Assembly (NCBI GenBank): GCA_951406725.2
Contig: OX597830.1
Coordinates: 20,522,001-20,586,000, forward strand
Origin: Octopus vulgaris
Taxonomy: Eukaryota
Direction: 5' to 3'
Length of the DNA: 64,000 nt
Shown: positions 31,131-44,400 of the stretch, in pieces
How positions within the stretch are numbered: position 1 is the stretch's first letter
Layout of the letters: each line of letters starts with the position of its first letter
Position numbers and translations under genes: made by a program
Notes under the pieces: generated by a model
Databases searched by the model: none
What the model was told of the DNA's origin: nothing
The model's input: the letters and a program-made list of their open reading frames with translations, nothing else

Positions 31131-31404
31131 TTGTAGATAAACTTACGTATCTTTGAAATGTGTTGAATCGTATTCGTTTCCTTAACATGATGAAATGGTG
31201 AATTGGCTTCAAGAGTCTTGAAGGGTGAGCTTCGTCTGATACACTTTAATCTAGTACCAAAAACACAATGGTTGCAGTGTGCAGGGCTTCTGTGCTTCCA
31301 TCTCTTCTTTAATCATGTGCAACACGGGGAGTATGTAAGAACCTCTCCAGATTACTAGAGCGATGTTATCAGAGACGTTTGCGCTCTATACTCAGAGTCA
31401 AATG

Positions 31405-31678
31405 TAAGGTAAAGATAGTAAAGTTATCTTCATGAGTCATACTGACTCATGAAGGCTGGTTTCCCGATTTTCATTGCGTATATATATATATATATATTCC
31501 CTACCTGGACAGGGTGCCGATCCCTCGCAGAGGAGTCCTCATGTTTGCCAGTTGAGTGGACGGGAACATCGTGAAATGAAGTGCTTTTGCTCAAGAGCCC
31601 AACGTGGCGCCCGGTACAGGAATCGAAACCACAATCTTACGACCATGAGTCTAATACCCTAACCACTAAGCCACACGC
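31405..31678 (-). mobile_element. CORE-like SINE with a perfect 12-bp hairpin in its tail
   Basis: Head tggcttagtggttaggg..ggtttcgattcc; hairpin at 31428-31454. Confidence 0.7.
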
Positions 31679-31877
31679 TTTTACAAAAGTCAAATGGATA
31701 CACAACAAAGTATCGGATTCTGAAGTGCTTGTGTCTGCTAATGTCTCCCTCTTCTTCTTCTTCTTCTTCTTCTTCTTCTTCTTTTTCTTCTTCTTCTTCT
31801 TCTTCTTCTTCTTCTTCTTCTTCTTCTTCTTCTTCTTCTTCTTCTTCTTCTTCTTCTTCTTCTTCTTCTTCTTCTTC

Positions 31878-32352
31878 CAATAAAGACTCACGCCATTAGC
31901 CACAAAGAATAACCTCTAATTCGAGCCTACTCTAAGCTACTAAGAATGCGTGTGACAACTTGAAGATCCACCCACCACACGCGATGATAGACTGGCGGTT
32001 GCACGGGCGCGAAAGCTACGTTGTTATCCTCATTCCGTAAACAGTGGCATTTACAGGTAGAGAGCTGAACCATCCTGGGGTACAAAGGATTTGCAATCTA
32101 GACTAGGGTCTGAAAGTTTACCACACCATAGTGGGTTACACCATGGTTCCTCTGCTTTTTGGCAGAAGTAGGAGGAAAGAGTGAGAGAAAGTTGTGGTGA
32201 AAGAGTACAGCAGGGTTCACCACCACCACCCCCTCCGGAGCTTCGTGGTGCTTAGGGTGTTTTTGCTCAATAAACACTCACAATGTCTGGGAATCGAAAC
32301 CGCGTTCTAACGACCGCGAGTCCGCTGCCCTGACCACTGGGCTATTGCGCCT
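31878..32352 (-). mobile_element. SINE: head C + a different body, ending in a (GAA)n tail
   Basis: Head homologous to 29243-29405. The body assignment is inferred from its position between the head and the (TTC)n tract. Confidence 0.55.
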
Positions 32353-32530
32353 CCACCCTGCTGGTTTTGGTGGCGTTGGAACTGAAATTCATTGACACAG
32401 ACTTCGCTGGAGTGACCATCTGATAAGATAACCTGATTAACGCCTGACAATGCAACACTTATATGGTCAGATGAAAGGAACAAAGTGGTCGCTATGTAAA
32501 ACAAAACTGTGCTTCAAAGATTCAATAAGT

Positions 32531-32696
32531 AGGCGTAGGAGTAGCTGTGTGGTAAGTAGCTTGCTTACCAACCACATGGTTCCGGGTTCAGTCCCACTGC
32601 GAGATACCTTGAGCAAGTGTCTTCTACTATAGCCCCGGGCCGACCAAAGCCTTGTGAGTGGATTTGATAGACGGAAACTGAAAGAAGCTCGTCGTA

Positions 32697-32773
<77 letters not shown>

Positions 32774-33008
32774 GCATGTGTGTGTGTGTGTGTGTCTATG
32801 TTTGTGTATCTGTGTTTGTCTCTCCCGCCATCGCTTGCCAACAGATGCCGCTGTGTTTACATCCCCGTATCTTAGCGGTTCGGCAAAAGAGACCGAGAGA
32901 ATAAGTACTAGGCTTACAAAGAGTGAGTCCTGGGGTCGATTTGTTCAAATAAAGGCGGTGCTCCTGCATGGCCGCAGTCAAATGACTGAAACAAGTTAAA
33001 GAATAAAT
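32531..33008 (+). mobile_element. SINE family A, full length
   Basis: Runs from aggcgtaggagtagctgtgtggtaag to cagtcaaatgactgaaac. Confidence 0.9.
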
Positions 33009-33524
33009 GAATGCATATGTACTAACGAGTGCTTGGACGACTTAAAAAGAAAACAAAACTCTTAACTTTATCTGTTAAACTTGCTTAGAGATACTTAATG
33101 TTGAAGTATGGTGTCAGGAAGTGAAAGAGGTCAACGATAGGTCACGTATATGTTTTGGCGTGTGTATGTGTGTGTATGTGTCTACGTATGTGTGTTTGAG
33201 TTTATGCATGTGTCATGACGTATATTTATGCATATAAATGCGCACGTGCGCCTTTTATGCGTGTGCGTGCGTGTGTTGATTTCTATCAGCAAAAAGGTTG
33301 ATAGTGACTTTGAAGTTTCGGCTTACCTGTCGTCGTCAGCAACCGATGACGGCTAATAAGTCTGAACTTCGAAGTCAAGGTCAAACATTTTCTTGTGAGA
33401 AACTAATGAGTACAAAATTCTAATGGAAAATATTGAACGCTCCTTCAATTTGATGTGTAACTGTTTTTGCATTTAACTTTACGTAAACGCTAGTATCAAT
33501 ATATTTACACATACACACACACGC

Positions 33525-33575
<51 letters not shown>

Positions 33576-33607
33576 TGTATATATAAATATATATATACAT
33601 TCACACC

Positions 33608-33873
33608 CAAGGTGCGTTAGTTTTTTGAGGATACCTTTTTCTAAAGTTCTAACTTTATTGTAACCTATTCTTTTAACCTTACATTTGAGATAAATAATTT
33701 CAGACATCAGGTTTCAGTAAATGAAAAGGAAGGCAAAAATGTTGCCTTAAAAGTGCAGCATAGCGATACAGAGATACCTCACTTCCTAAAAGTTGCCCGA
33801 TCATTTGTCGTCAAAGTTCGAAAAGAGCTTGAAACTGCTGACGGGGATCCAGCATCGGTACCTAAACGCAAAA
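33608..33873 (+). mobile_element. Tc1/mariner-superfamily (maT/DD37D-like) 5' fragment
   Basis: VALKVQHSDTEIPHFLKVARSFVVKVRKELE...PKRK resembles a transposase N-terminal HTH. TIR-like caaggtgcgttagttttttgaggatacc. Confidence 0.55.
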
Positions 33874-33950
33874 TGTATGCACAGGATCCTGATACCTATT
33901 TCTTTACTCACCACACAGCCACTCCTGCACCTATGATATATTACGTTTGT

Positions 33951-34390
33951 AAGGCGGCGAGCTGACGGAAACGTTAGCACGCCGGGTGAAATACTTATCG
34001 GCATTTCGCCTTCCGCTACGTTCTGAGTTCAAATTCCGCCGAGGTCAACTTTGCCTGTCATCCTTTCGGGATCGATTAAATAAGTACCAGTTACGCACTG
34101 GGATCGATATAATCGACTTAATCCGTTTGTCTGTCCTTGTTTGTCCTCTCTGTGTTCAGCCCCTTGTGGGTAGTAAAGAAATAGGTATTTCGTCTGCCGC
34201 TACGTTCTGAGTTCAATTCCGCCGATGCTGGTGTGTATAAGTCCCCGTCACTTAGCCGTTCGGCAAGAGGAACCGGTAGAATAAGAACTAGGTTTACAAA
34301 GAATAAGTCCTGGGTCGATTTGCTCGAATAAAGGTGGTGCTCCAGCATGGCCGCAGTCAAATGACTGAAACAAATAAAAGAATAAAAGAA
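33951..34390 (+). mobile_element. SINE B fused to the 3' half of SINE A
   Basis: B sequence runs to about 34224, then switches at ccga into A (ccgatgctggtgtg...cagtcaaatgactgaaac). Confidence 0.8.
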
Positions 34391-34429
34391 TATATATAAA
34401 AAATATTCACCCAAAAATAACCAAGATAG

Positions 34430-34726
34430 TTTAAAAGGGTGGTTCTGAAAGTGGGGCTTTGCGGCCCCTTTGGGGGCGGTGCAAAAATCCAGGAAGGGGA
34501 TGTTGAAGAAAAGTGGGGGCGATAATGCGTCCAATGATGGGGGCGATGGCTGTAATAAAGCCCCAAAATAATAGGTTAATTAGGTTAAGTTTTATTTGTG
34601 AAATGCCGTTGTTTTAAATTTGATGGAGAAAGGTGGTCTATGTTTATGATGTTTGGTGGGAGGAGGGCCAGGAATGTGGCCTGGGGACCAAGGGGGCGGC
34701 AGCCTGAAAAAGTTTGGGAATCACTG
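34430..34726. mobile_element. hAT/Charlie-like MITE end
   Basis: Terminus aaaaagtttgggaatcactg (reverse complement CAGTGATTCCCAAACTTTTT). The other end was not found. Confidence 0.45.
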
Positions 34727-35487
34727 GTGTAAAACACATAAAACAACAAAAGGAAATTAAATATTTATATATGATTTAAACGCTGCAGGAGCGTTCTGAA
34801 TCACCATGTACGCTACATATATACGAACCTTTATAATTAAAAATTCATTATGTTTCTCACAGTACGCATGCTCCCCCCACGGGTTCACAAGAACTTTCAA
34901 TTCCCGACTGGTGCTAAACAAGTGTCTCCTATCACAAGCATAGAATTTCTCTTTCGAAATACTGTTGTTGTTATTGTTGTTGCTGTTGTTGTTGTTGTTG
35001 TTTCGTTCCCCATCGGCCCTAATCGAACAGATCTATGATTAAAGGGATGACAATATCACATTTCCTCCGTTCCCCGGGAAATCAATGATCACATAATCCA
35101 AACTGCCATTTTCTAAGACAGTAAGATAGGGTTTGAAGAAGATTTTGGCTGTTATTTCTAGTAGGTCGAACAACCCAAATAATGGTTTCCGCTTTGTCTA
35201 CCGTGAAATATAAGAGTTGCAATTTGTTTTTTAATGTTTGCTTTAATTTTTTTAACTTTAGATCAAAAATTTGCATAAAATATATATTAAAAGAGCAAAA
35301 ATTGATTTAATGTGCATTTTAAATGAATTAAAATTCTAAGATATTCTACACGACGTAGTATTGGTTAGATATCACACATACACACACACACATATATATA
35401 TACGCAATATACGCATATACATACATACATACATACATATGTATGTATGTATGTATTTATGTATGTATGTATGTGTATATATATATG

Positions 35488-35542
<55 letters not shown>

Positions 35543-35609
35543 TATTATATATATATATTATATATATACATATATATTATATATATCTATATATATAGAT
35601 ATATAGATA

Positions 35610-35686
<77 letters not shown>

Positions 35687-35835
35687 AGAAATTAAATATA
35701 GATTATAAATTACAAAGTGGGACAAGAACGCAAAAACACACAAAGAGACGACACAAAAAAAAACACACGGGTCACTCGAAGCCTCTAATCTTCAGTCGGG
35801 AACCGGATCATCTTAGCAATTTCGGCTGTTTACGT

Positions 35836-36149
35836 GCACTCCGTCGGTTACGACGACGACGAGGGTCCCAACTGATACGATCAACGGAACAAGCTGCTCG
35901 TGAAATTAACGTGCAAGTGACTGAGCAATCCACAGACACGCGCACCCCTAACGTAGTTCTCAGAGAGATTCAGCGTGACACGGAGTGTGACAAGGCCGGC
36001 CCTTTGAAATACAGGTACTACTCATTTTTGCCAGCTGAATGGACTGGAGTAACGTGAAATAAAGTGTCTTGCTGAAGGACACAACGCGTCGCCGGGAATC
36101 GAACTCACGACCTTCCAATCGTGAGCCGAATGCTCTAACCACTAAGCCA
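35836..36149 (-). mobile_element. CORE-like SINE head + body X; a second partial copy lies at 36247-36470
   Basis: tggcttagtggttagag..gagttcgattccc..gtgtccttcagcaagacacttta. Confidence 0.78.
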
Positions 36150-36867
36150 ACAATAACAACAGATGGATAATGTGTCAATTCACTACAGCTGTTTCCAACG
36201 AATTTTTAATTGATTAACGGAGACATTGTACCATTAGAAAAAATCCCCAGACACGTGTGGTTCCCTTAACGTGGTTCTCAGGGAGATTCAGCGTAACACA
36301 ACCTGACGAAACTGGCCCTTTGAAATACAGGTACCACTTATTTTTGGAAGCTGAAGGGACTGGAGCAGCATGAAATAAAATTTCTTGCCCAAGGGCACAA
36401 CGCGTTGCCGGGAATTGAACTCCCGACCTTACGATCGTGCACCGAATACCCTTTCCACTGAACCACGCTCAGGAGTGACTCCGAAACCAAACAACTGTGG
36501 AGAGCGAAGTTCTTAGACACACAGCCGTGCCTATTATATTATCTATAAACTTAATATGTAATAATTACACATTTATAGCTAGAATATTAATATGACATAA
36601 ATCTATGGAATACACAGATGTGCAATGAATTAGGACGTGTTGTGTGTAACGGTAAGAAATTGGTTCGTAATAGGAAAGAGTTCCTAAGGTCACACATTGC
36701 GAATCAATGAGAGAAGCGAAAAAGAATAAATTAAAATAGGTTAAGTATTCAATATAATCAATTTTGTAATGATACATACACATATATATACATACATACA
36801 TACATACACTGACACACATAGGCACGCACACATACACACACACACGCACACACACTCACACGCACAC

Positions 36868-36925
<58 letters not shown>

Positions 36926-36987
36926 ATATTTCGGAATGGTCATATTGCCAGTTTAGCCAATAAATCTTGCACAACAAATATTTAAAC

Positions 36988-37064
<77 letters not shown>

Positions 37065-37499
37065 CAGACTACAGACAGACAGATAGACAGACAGACAAAG
37101 ACAAGGACAGAGAGAGGCAACTATGCGGGTAAACAAATTAGATTCATTAAATATATTAAAAATATTAAATAAGTTAAATATATTAAATTTAATAGTTTGG
37201 TTGTGAAATCCAAAATATGTTTCTACGTGTACATGAAAAGCGAGAGAAAGCAAAAGGTGGTAGCTTTCAGATGATGAATCCTCAAATATAAATATATAGA
37301 CCTTTATATGAATAGGCCCAAGATACACAGAGTACAAACGGCATAGAAAATTAAAAGGGCGGAAGAAAGAAGTTATACATCCATACGCATATATTTCGTT
37401 AAAAACACGACCATGATCCAATTCCATCTCACTAATTGCAAATTTTCCGTATTAATTTTTTGACGTTGCTCGACTTACTTTGTCCCATCTTCAGGATAT

Positions 37500-38260
37500 A
37501 AAATAGAAGAGCATTTAGATTCTCGTTCACAAAGAAGGCGCTAGAAAAATTAATTCATAAAATGAAACATTGATTAGCAATGAATATTCCACAGACTAGT
37601 AGTCCAAGTTATACGTTTATAACACAATACAGCTGCTACATTTGAGAGTACACTCAATGAAAATACACAAATCACTCAGAATTTAATATATGAGTAACAA
37701 ATGTCGAACAGAGGAATGCATCTTCAAAAATCTCATAAAGCAGAACGCAAAATGCATAAACTAAAACTAATAGTATTCTACAAAAACACCAAAAGCAAGA
37801 ACATCTCTAACTTAACACAAGATGCTAATGTCCAATGTAATCTACAAACTTGGCAGTAAAACTGAAAGTTGTAAACTTCAGGACTCTAACTGTTACATTG
37901 GACATACTTGTACAGCACTTTTTGTAAGTTCATTATGCAAACAGAAGAAATAACAGTTACAACCCACTATATTACATAGCAAAAAAATGTCGAAAGGAAC
38001 ATACCAGCGGGTAATACAAATACCTCGCAAAAAAGTAGGCGATTGGCCATTTCGCAAAATAAACATCCAAGCATCTCACGCACCAATAAATTAACTCTTA
38101 GATTCCCAACTGACGTGCTAGTACAACGGTTAAAAGATCTTTGGTGAGAAAACGTTTATGTAAATTCGGGCATTATAAAAGAAACAATACGGAAGTTAAA
38201 TAAGTTTTATATCCAGAAGATGAGGCTGTGAAAGTCTGGAAACGTCGCATCTGGATCTAG
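37500..38260 (+). mobile_element. Decayed Penelope-like element 3' region with GIY-YIG endonuclease and a degenerate hammerhead
   Basis: 37834-37908 reads NVIYKLGSKTESCKLQDSNCYIGHT, and upstream KLKLIVFYKN. 38211-38256 reads atcCAGAAGAtgaggct..agtctgGAAAcgtcg. The left boundary is approximate. Confidence 0.65.
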
Positions 38261-38403
38261 GAAGTATATTGTTCCAACAAACTATAAATAATACATATAC
38301 GAAAATACAAAAAGTTCGTGATAAAGAGAAATAAATGAAACATAGTCGCATTTTTAATAAAACATATATGTGTGTATGTGTATGTGTGAATGTATGTATA
38401 AAT

Positions 38404-38466
<63 letters not shown>

Positions 38467-38482
38467 TAATATATATATATGG

Positions 38483-38705
38483 TCTTTTCTCTTTCACTCT
38501 TTTGCTTGTTTCAGTTATTTGACTGCGGCCATGCTAGTCGACAAATTGAATCTAGGACTTATTCTTTGTAAGCCTAGTACTTATTCAATCGCTTTCTTTT
38601 GCCGAACCGCTAACTTACGGGAACGTAAACACACCAGTATCCGTTATCAAGCGATTGTTGAGGGGAGACACAAACAAATCCACACAAACACACACACGCA
38701 CACGT

Positions 38706-38767
<62 letters not shown>

Positions 38768-38909
38768 GACGGCTTTCTTTCAGTTTCCGTCTACCAAATC
38801 CACTCACAAGGCTTTGGTCGACCCAAAGCTATAAAAGACACTTGCCCAAGGTATCATGCAGTGGAAATGAACCCGAAATCATGTGGTCGGTAAGTAAGCT
38901 ACTTACCGC

Positions 38910-38910
<1 letters not shown>
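38483..38910 (-). mobile_element. SINE family A, more diverged
   Basis: Homologous, with small deletions. Confidence 0.85.
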
Positions 38911-38949
<39 letters not shown>

Positions 38950-38975
38950 GCACAGATATATAAATATATGTACTG

Positions 38976-39101
<126 letters not shown>

Positions 39102-39460
39102 TGTAGCAACAAAAGAATGAGACCTCGATATTAGAGAAATAGAGGATTATGTATATATATGTTATATATTAGAACAAAAAGTAAAAGTTTGTCATTATAG
39201 TACTCGCAGTTTCGAATGCTGGAGCGAAGAGCCAAGATACATTCATGTCGGCTATTAATAGCAACAAACGCTATGAAAAACCGTTAAATATAAGGGAAGT
39301 AACTCTAATAAGTGGAAAAGGAAAAAGAAAAAAATATAAAAATATATAAAATATACAAAAAATATACATACAACCATATTCTCACAATACATAGACATAA
39401 ACCTCCTGCGTTCAAAACGTCTACATGCGTACACCCTCACACAAACATGCATACGAACAT

Positions 39461-39493
<33 letters not shown>

Positions 39494-40183
39494 TATATGT
39501 ATGTACATACTCATACATACACACATATCCTCACACATGCACATCCTATTAGAGTTACCTCCCTTTCTAACGGGTTTTCGTAGCGTCTGTTGCCATTAAT
39601 AGCCGACGAGAATGCACCGTAGCTCTTTTAACACAGCCTTCGGTTGATCCATTTATCGCGCTTCGAATAGGGTTCAGTAAATTTATGTAACAGACGGTCA
39701 AATGAATGAAACGCATAATTCAAAGAGACCTTTATCTCACACTTTCTTAGACCGATTCTCCTCGAAGATTAAGGTAAGTACTCCTTGTCTTTATCTTCTG
39801 TTCCTGGATTAGGATAAGGTACACAAAGGTTTGTGGTATACTCAGCTACGTACATTCAAATTCAACGAATAAAAAGTTCGGTAGCTCGAAAACAGGAATA
39901 AATTATCACCGAAATGGACGGATATCCATTTTATATAGAATTATAAAGATATACCAAGATGTTAGAGATAACCGTCACATACTGATATTGAAGTCATCAA
40001 CAGAAAAGTTTGAAGTCTGTTAGAGACTACCATCCATGCTACCAACACCACACACACAAGTGTCCTATCATTATCACTCTACCTCCGCCCCCCTTTCTCT
40101 CTGTATTTCCCGTTATATATATATATATATATATATGTTTCTTCATGGACATCAAAAATTTACATCTAAGGTATGTATTAATA

Positions 40184-40286
<103 letters not shown>

Positions 40287-40520
40287 CGTGCGTGTGTGTG
40301 TTAATTATATAATATATATTATCCAAATATTTTATTATCACATTATGCCAATATATATCTCCATAAATGTTTTATACGTAATACACACACACACACACAC
40401 ACACTTGTACGTATGTATACTTCTAAGTATCTAAGCATGCAGTATTCACATATAGGAGATCATAGCAATTAAGACAGTAAACAGGAATTTAATGATCACA
40501 ATACACACATACACACACGC

Positions 40521-40563
<43 letters not shown>

Positions 40564-40586
40564 TATAAATATGAACATATAGATAT

Positions 40587-40641
<55 letters not shown>

Positions 40642-40652
40642 TACATATATAA

Positions 40653-40715
<63 letters not shown>

Positions 40716-40741
40716 TATATAATAATGTTTTTCATAGAATA

Positions 40742-40781
<40 letters not shown>

Positions 40782-41490
40782 GTGCGCACACCCCGGAGTA
40801 CATATATACGCTGTTGACACGTCAGCCGATTAGACAGTCGCCCTCACTTCAATTCTTGCATTCTTGCTTCAGTAAATACCATCTGCTGGAATTCAGCCGA
40901 ATGGCAATAAAGATCACACAATTCCAAACGATCGGCTAAGATATCATTACCCTTCCCAAAGTTGGTGCTTTGATTAAAAACTATACTCAATACCTGCAAC
41001 AGAGCCATCGTATCTGCACCGGGATGGTGGGACTCGAGCGCCAATTATTGTATTATTTGCTATCATCTAACTAGTTATCTTTGATCGGTTTCAGAGTTTC
41101 AGAGTTTCAGAGGTATTTCCTATTAAACCGGTTCACCTAGAAATTAAATGGACGGTAATCTGTTTTTGTCTGTCTGTTAGTCTCTTTTATTTTTGTTATT
41201 TTTTTTTATCTTTCGTTCTGTTCATTTGTGATACCTTTATCTTTCTCTATCTCACTTTGTCTCTCTTTCTCTGCTTCTGTCTCTCTTTTTCTCTTTCTGT
41301 CTCTCTGTCTCTATCTGTCTGTCTGTATGTCTCTCTCTTTCTCTTACACTCTCCCGCACTCTCTCTCACTCTCTCTCGCTCTCTCTCGCACATACGCATA
41401 CACGCACACAGATACATAGACACGCACACAGACACACACAAACTTGTGTGTACGTGTTTATATATATATACACATACATACATACATACA

Positions 41491-44400
41491 TCTCTATATA
41501 TATAAACGGCAGTTTGTCTGTGCGTGCTTCTGTGTGTCTGTTTTCTCGTACCCTCACCCTGACCACGGCTTTCAACCGATTCTGATGAAACTTGACACAC
41601 ACATAGCCCAGTGTCATAATTCAAAACTAACGCAGCGAAAATTTTGAAAAGTTCCCCCAGTTCTGAAAAAAATTGATAAATTCGACATGGGGTCGAGAAT
41701 CATAAACATGAACCACAGACTGTCTAGGGGACGCAACTCGAGAATCTAAGCTTTTTTTATGCAACGCATTATCTATGGTAGTTTTCACAACTTGCAATCG
41801 ATTTTCACCAAACTCATGGTGAAGCTTAATGTTACCCTAAGAAACTCAATTCTGACGTTAGTTTTCCATGCAATACCTTACCATCAGAAACAATCGATAA
41901 AATCATGTCATTTTGGGAAATCGCGTTCAAATTCAAGATGACATATTTTCGACAATATCTTTCACAAATTGGCAGGAATCTTTTTTTTTTCACAACGAAC
42001 ATCATGTCTGCTCCAAGGAGGCTATATAGCCCTTTTTATTCCAATAGGATACATTATTGGAAAAAATCGGTTAATTTAATCATATGTGGCACACATAGCA
42101 AACAAATTTGTGTATTAAACACAAACCAGACTGTCTAGGGGACGCAACTTGACCTTTTTAGCTATCGATAATTCGATCCAACCAATTCCTACCAGGAAGA
42201 AATTACATTCGAGACTTTACCCCCAACACCACCACTTCTGCTAATAGCTGCTGCAGCCGCAAGTTATTCGAATGCTTTTTTGTTTAAACTTTCTTTATAA
42301 CTACCACCCCAAACGTTTTACCTTCAATTTTTGACGTACCCTAACGGTCCTCGGACGCTACTTGCAAACTCTTGGTTTATTATAAACCACTTTTGTCGTG
42401 TGCATCAAAAACTTTTCCTTTCGTTTGTTCAGTTTGATCACTTTTGACTTTTTCGTTGTTGTCACTCACATTGCTGCCAGCTTTTTGGCCGTTTTTGTAC
42501 TTTTTATACATTTTCGGATACTTACCCCACGAGCTCCTTTTTATTACACCTTTACCAAACACATTGCTATCCACCAAAATACTTACCCCACGTGTTCCTT
42601 TTTATTACACCTTTGCCAAACACATTGCTATCCACCAAAATGCCACCCAAGAAGAGAAGGATCCTCCTCAGCCCTCGGACGGCCAAGGCATCGGCTGCTA
42701 GGGCTAGAAGGGCACGCGAGACCCACGAGGAAACCGCCTTGCGCCTCTCGCAAACAGCTTCCCGTTATGCCGCTGCTCAGGCATCTGAAACTACTAGCGA
42801 CCGTTCTACCCGACTTGCAAGGGTCGCAGCGTACAGATCTTCCCTCCACTCGAGGTTGACGAAAGAGCAACAGTCCAGCCAAAACATGCGGGCTTCTTAC
42901 TGTGCTTCCATCCGCAGAGCTCGCGAGAACCCCGAACAAAGGGCCATTCGGAATGCGGCTAACGCCACTAGCACCGCCAGGACACGATCTGTCGAAACCT
43001 CACAGCAGAGGAGAACTCGCCAAGATGCTGACGCCGCAAACAAAGCCATGGCCAAAGCTGCCGAAACACCTCAACAGAGGAGAGCTCGCCAAGCTGCTAA
43101 CGCCGCAAACACAGCCAGGGCTCGATCTGCCGAAACTCCACACCAACGGACTATTCGGACATCCAGACATGCCATTAACACTGCTTCTGCTAGGGCTTCA
43201 AAGGGTGCTGAGGCGAGAGCTGAAAGGCTTTCAAGGGATGCCACTGCTACCGCTGTCGCACGTGCATCTGAATCTGCTGAGGCACGGTGCACTCGACTTG
43301 AGAGTATCAACAAACGTCGGGATATCATTCGTGGTGTACGTACCCCTGCCCCCGCTTTCTGGTTGTCACTAGCATTCAACTACGACGCCACAATTAACTT
43401 CTCCTTGCGTGACGACATCAAGATAGGGTCAATGACAATTGTATGCCAGTTTTGCAAAGCCAAGAAATGGCCCGGAGAGCCACCTGGTTTGTGCTGCTCT
43501 GGTGGCAAAGTGGACCTGCCACCCCTATGGGAACCACCTCAACCACTGAAGGATCTCGCGGCGGGTTTAACCCCCGATTCGTCACAATTCCTTGAAATAA
43601 TTCGAAAGTACAACTGCTCATTCCAAATGACCTCTTTCGGGGCCAAAATTCCTCCCAGAGAAGGCTGGATGCCTACTTTCAAAGTGCAGGGACAGGTCTA
43701 CCATCTTATTGGGTCACTTCTGCCAGACGAGATTCAGCAGTCTTCTTTCCTCCAAATATACTTCATTGCCGACTACAACCACCAGGTTGATGCACGCCTT
43801 GGAATAATACCGGGTACAAGCTATGTTCCCCGCAAAGACATTCTTCTCCGTCTCCAAACCATGCTTCATGATATCAACAGCTACGTCTGCAGCTTCAGAT
43901 ATGCCTTGGACAGTGCTCCATCTCCAAACTTCACCGTTGTCATTGATGCTGATAAACGACCCCACGGGGAGCACGAACGCCGTTTCAACGCACCTGCGTG
44001 CAACGAAATTGCCGCAGTCATACACGGAGAGCAACACAACAGCCGTGACATAATCATCTCCTCCCGTGGTAACAACCTACACAGGATCAGCGAGACTCAC
44101 AGATCTTATGACGCGCTTCAGTATCCATTGCTTTTCCCTTATGGGGAAGACGGCTACCACTTCGGAATTCCTTTACGGCAGCCCTCCAATCAAACTACTG
44201 CGGCATCAAAGACGGTTTCCTGCAGGGCATTCTACTCATACCGGTTCATGGTCAGGGAGGGTGAGTTCAACTTAATGCCCCGTTGTCGTCAGCTATTCAA
44301 CCAGTTCGCCGTCGACATGGCCGCAAAAATGGAATCGGAAAGGCTGCTATACATTAAACTTAATCAGACCAAACTTCGCTCCGACTCCTACATTCATCTC

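Noticed and set aside
40844-41044. 66-aa complex minus-strand ORF next to the Helitron
   Set aside because: Non-ATG start, no recognised motif or convincing splice sites, and outside the Helitron termini.
42592-42639. Track start of the 971-aa ORF
   Set aside because: It is a GTG inside the 61-bp tandem repeat; ATG 42640 (aaaATGc, MPPKKRR) is the plausible start.
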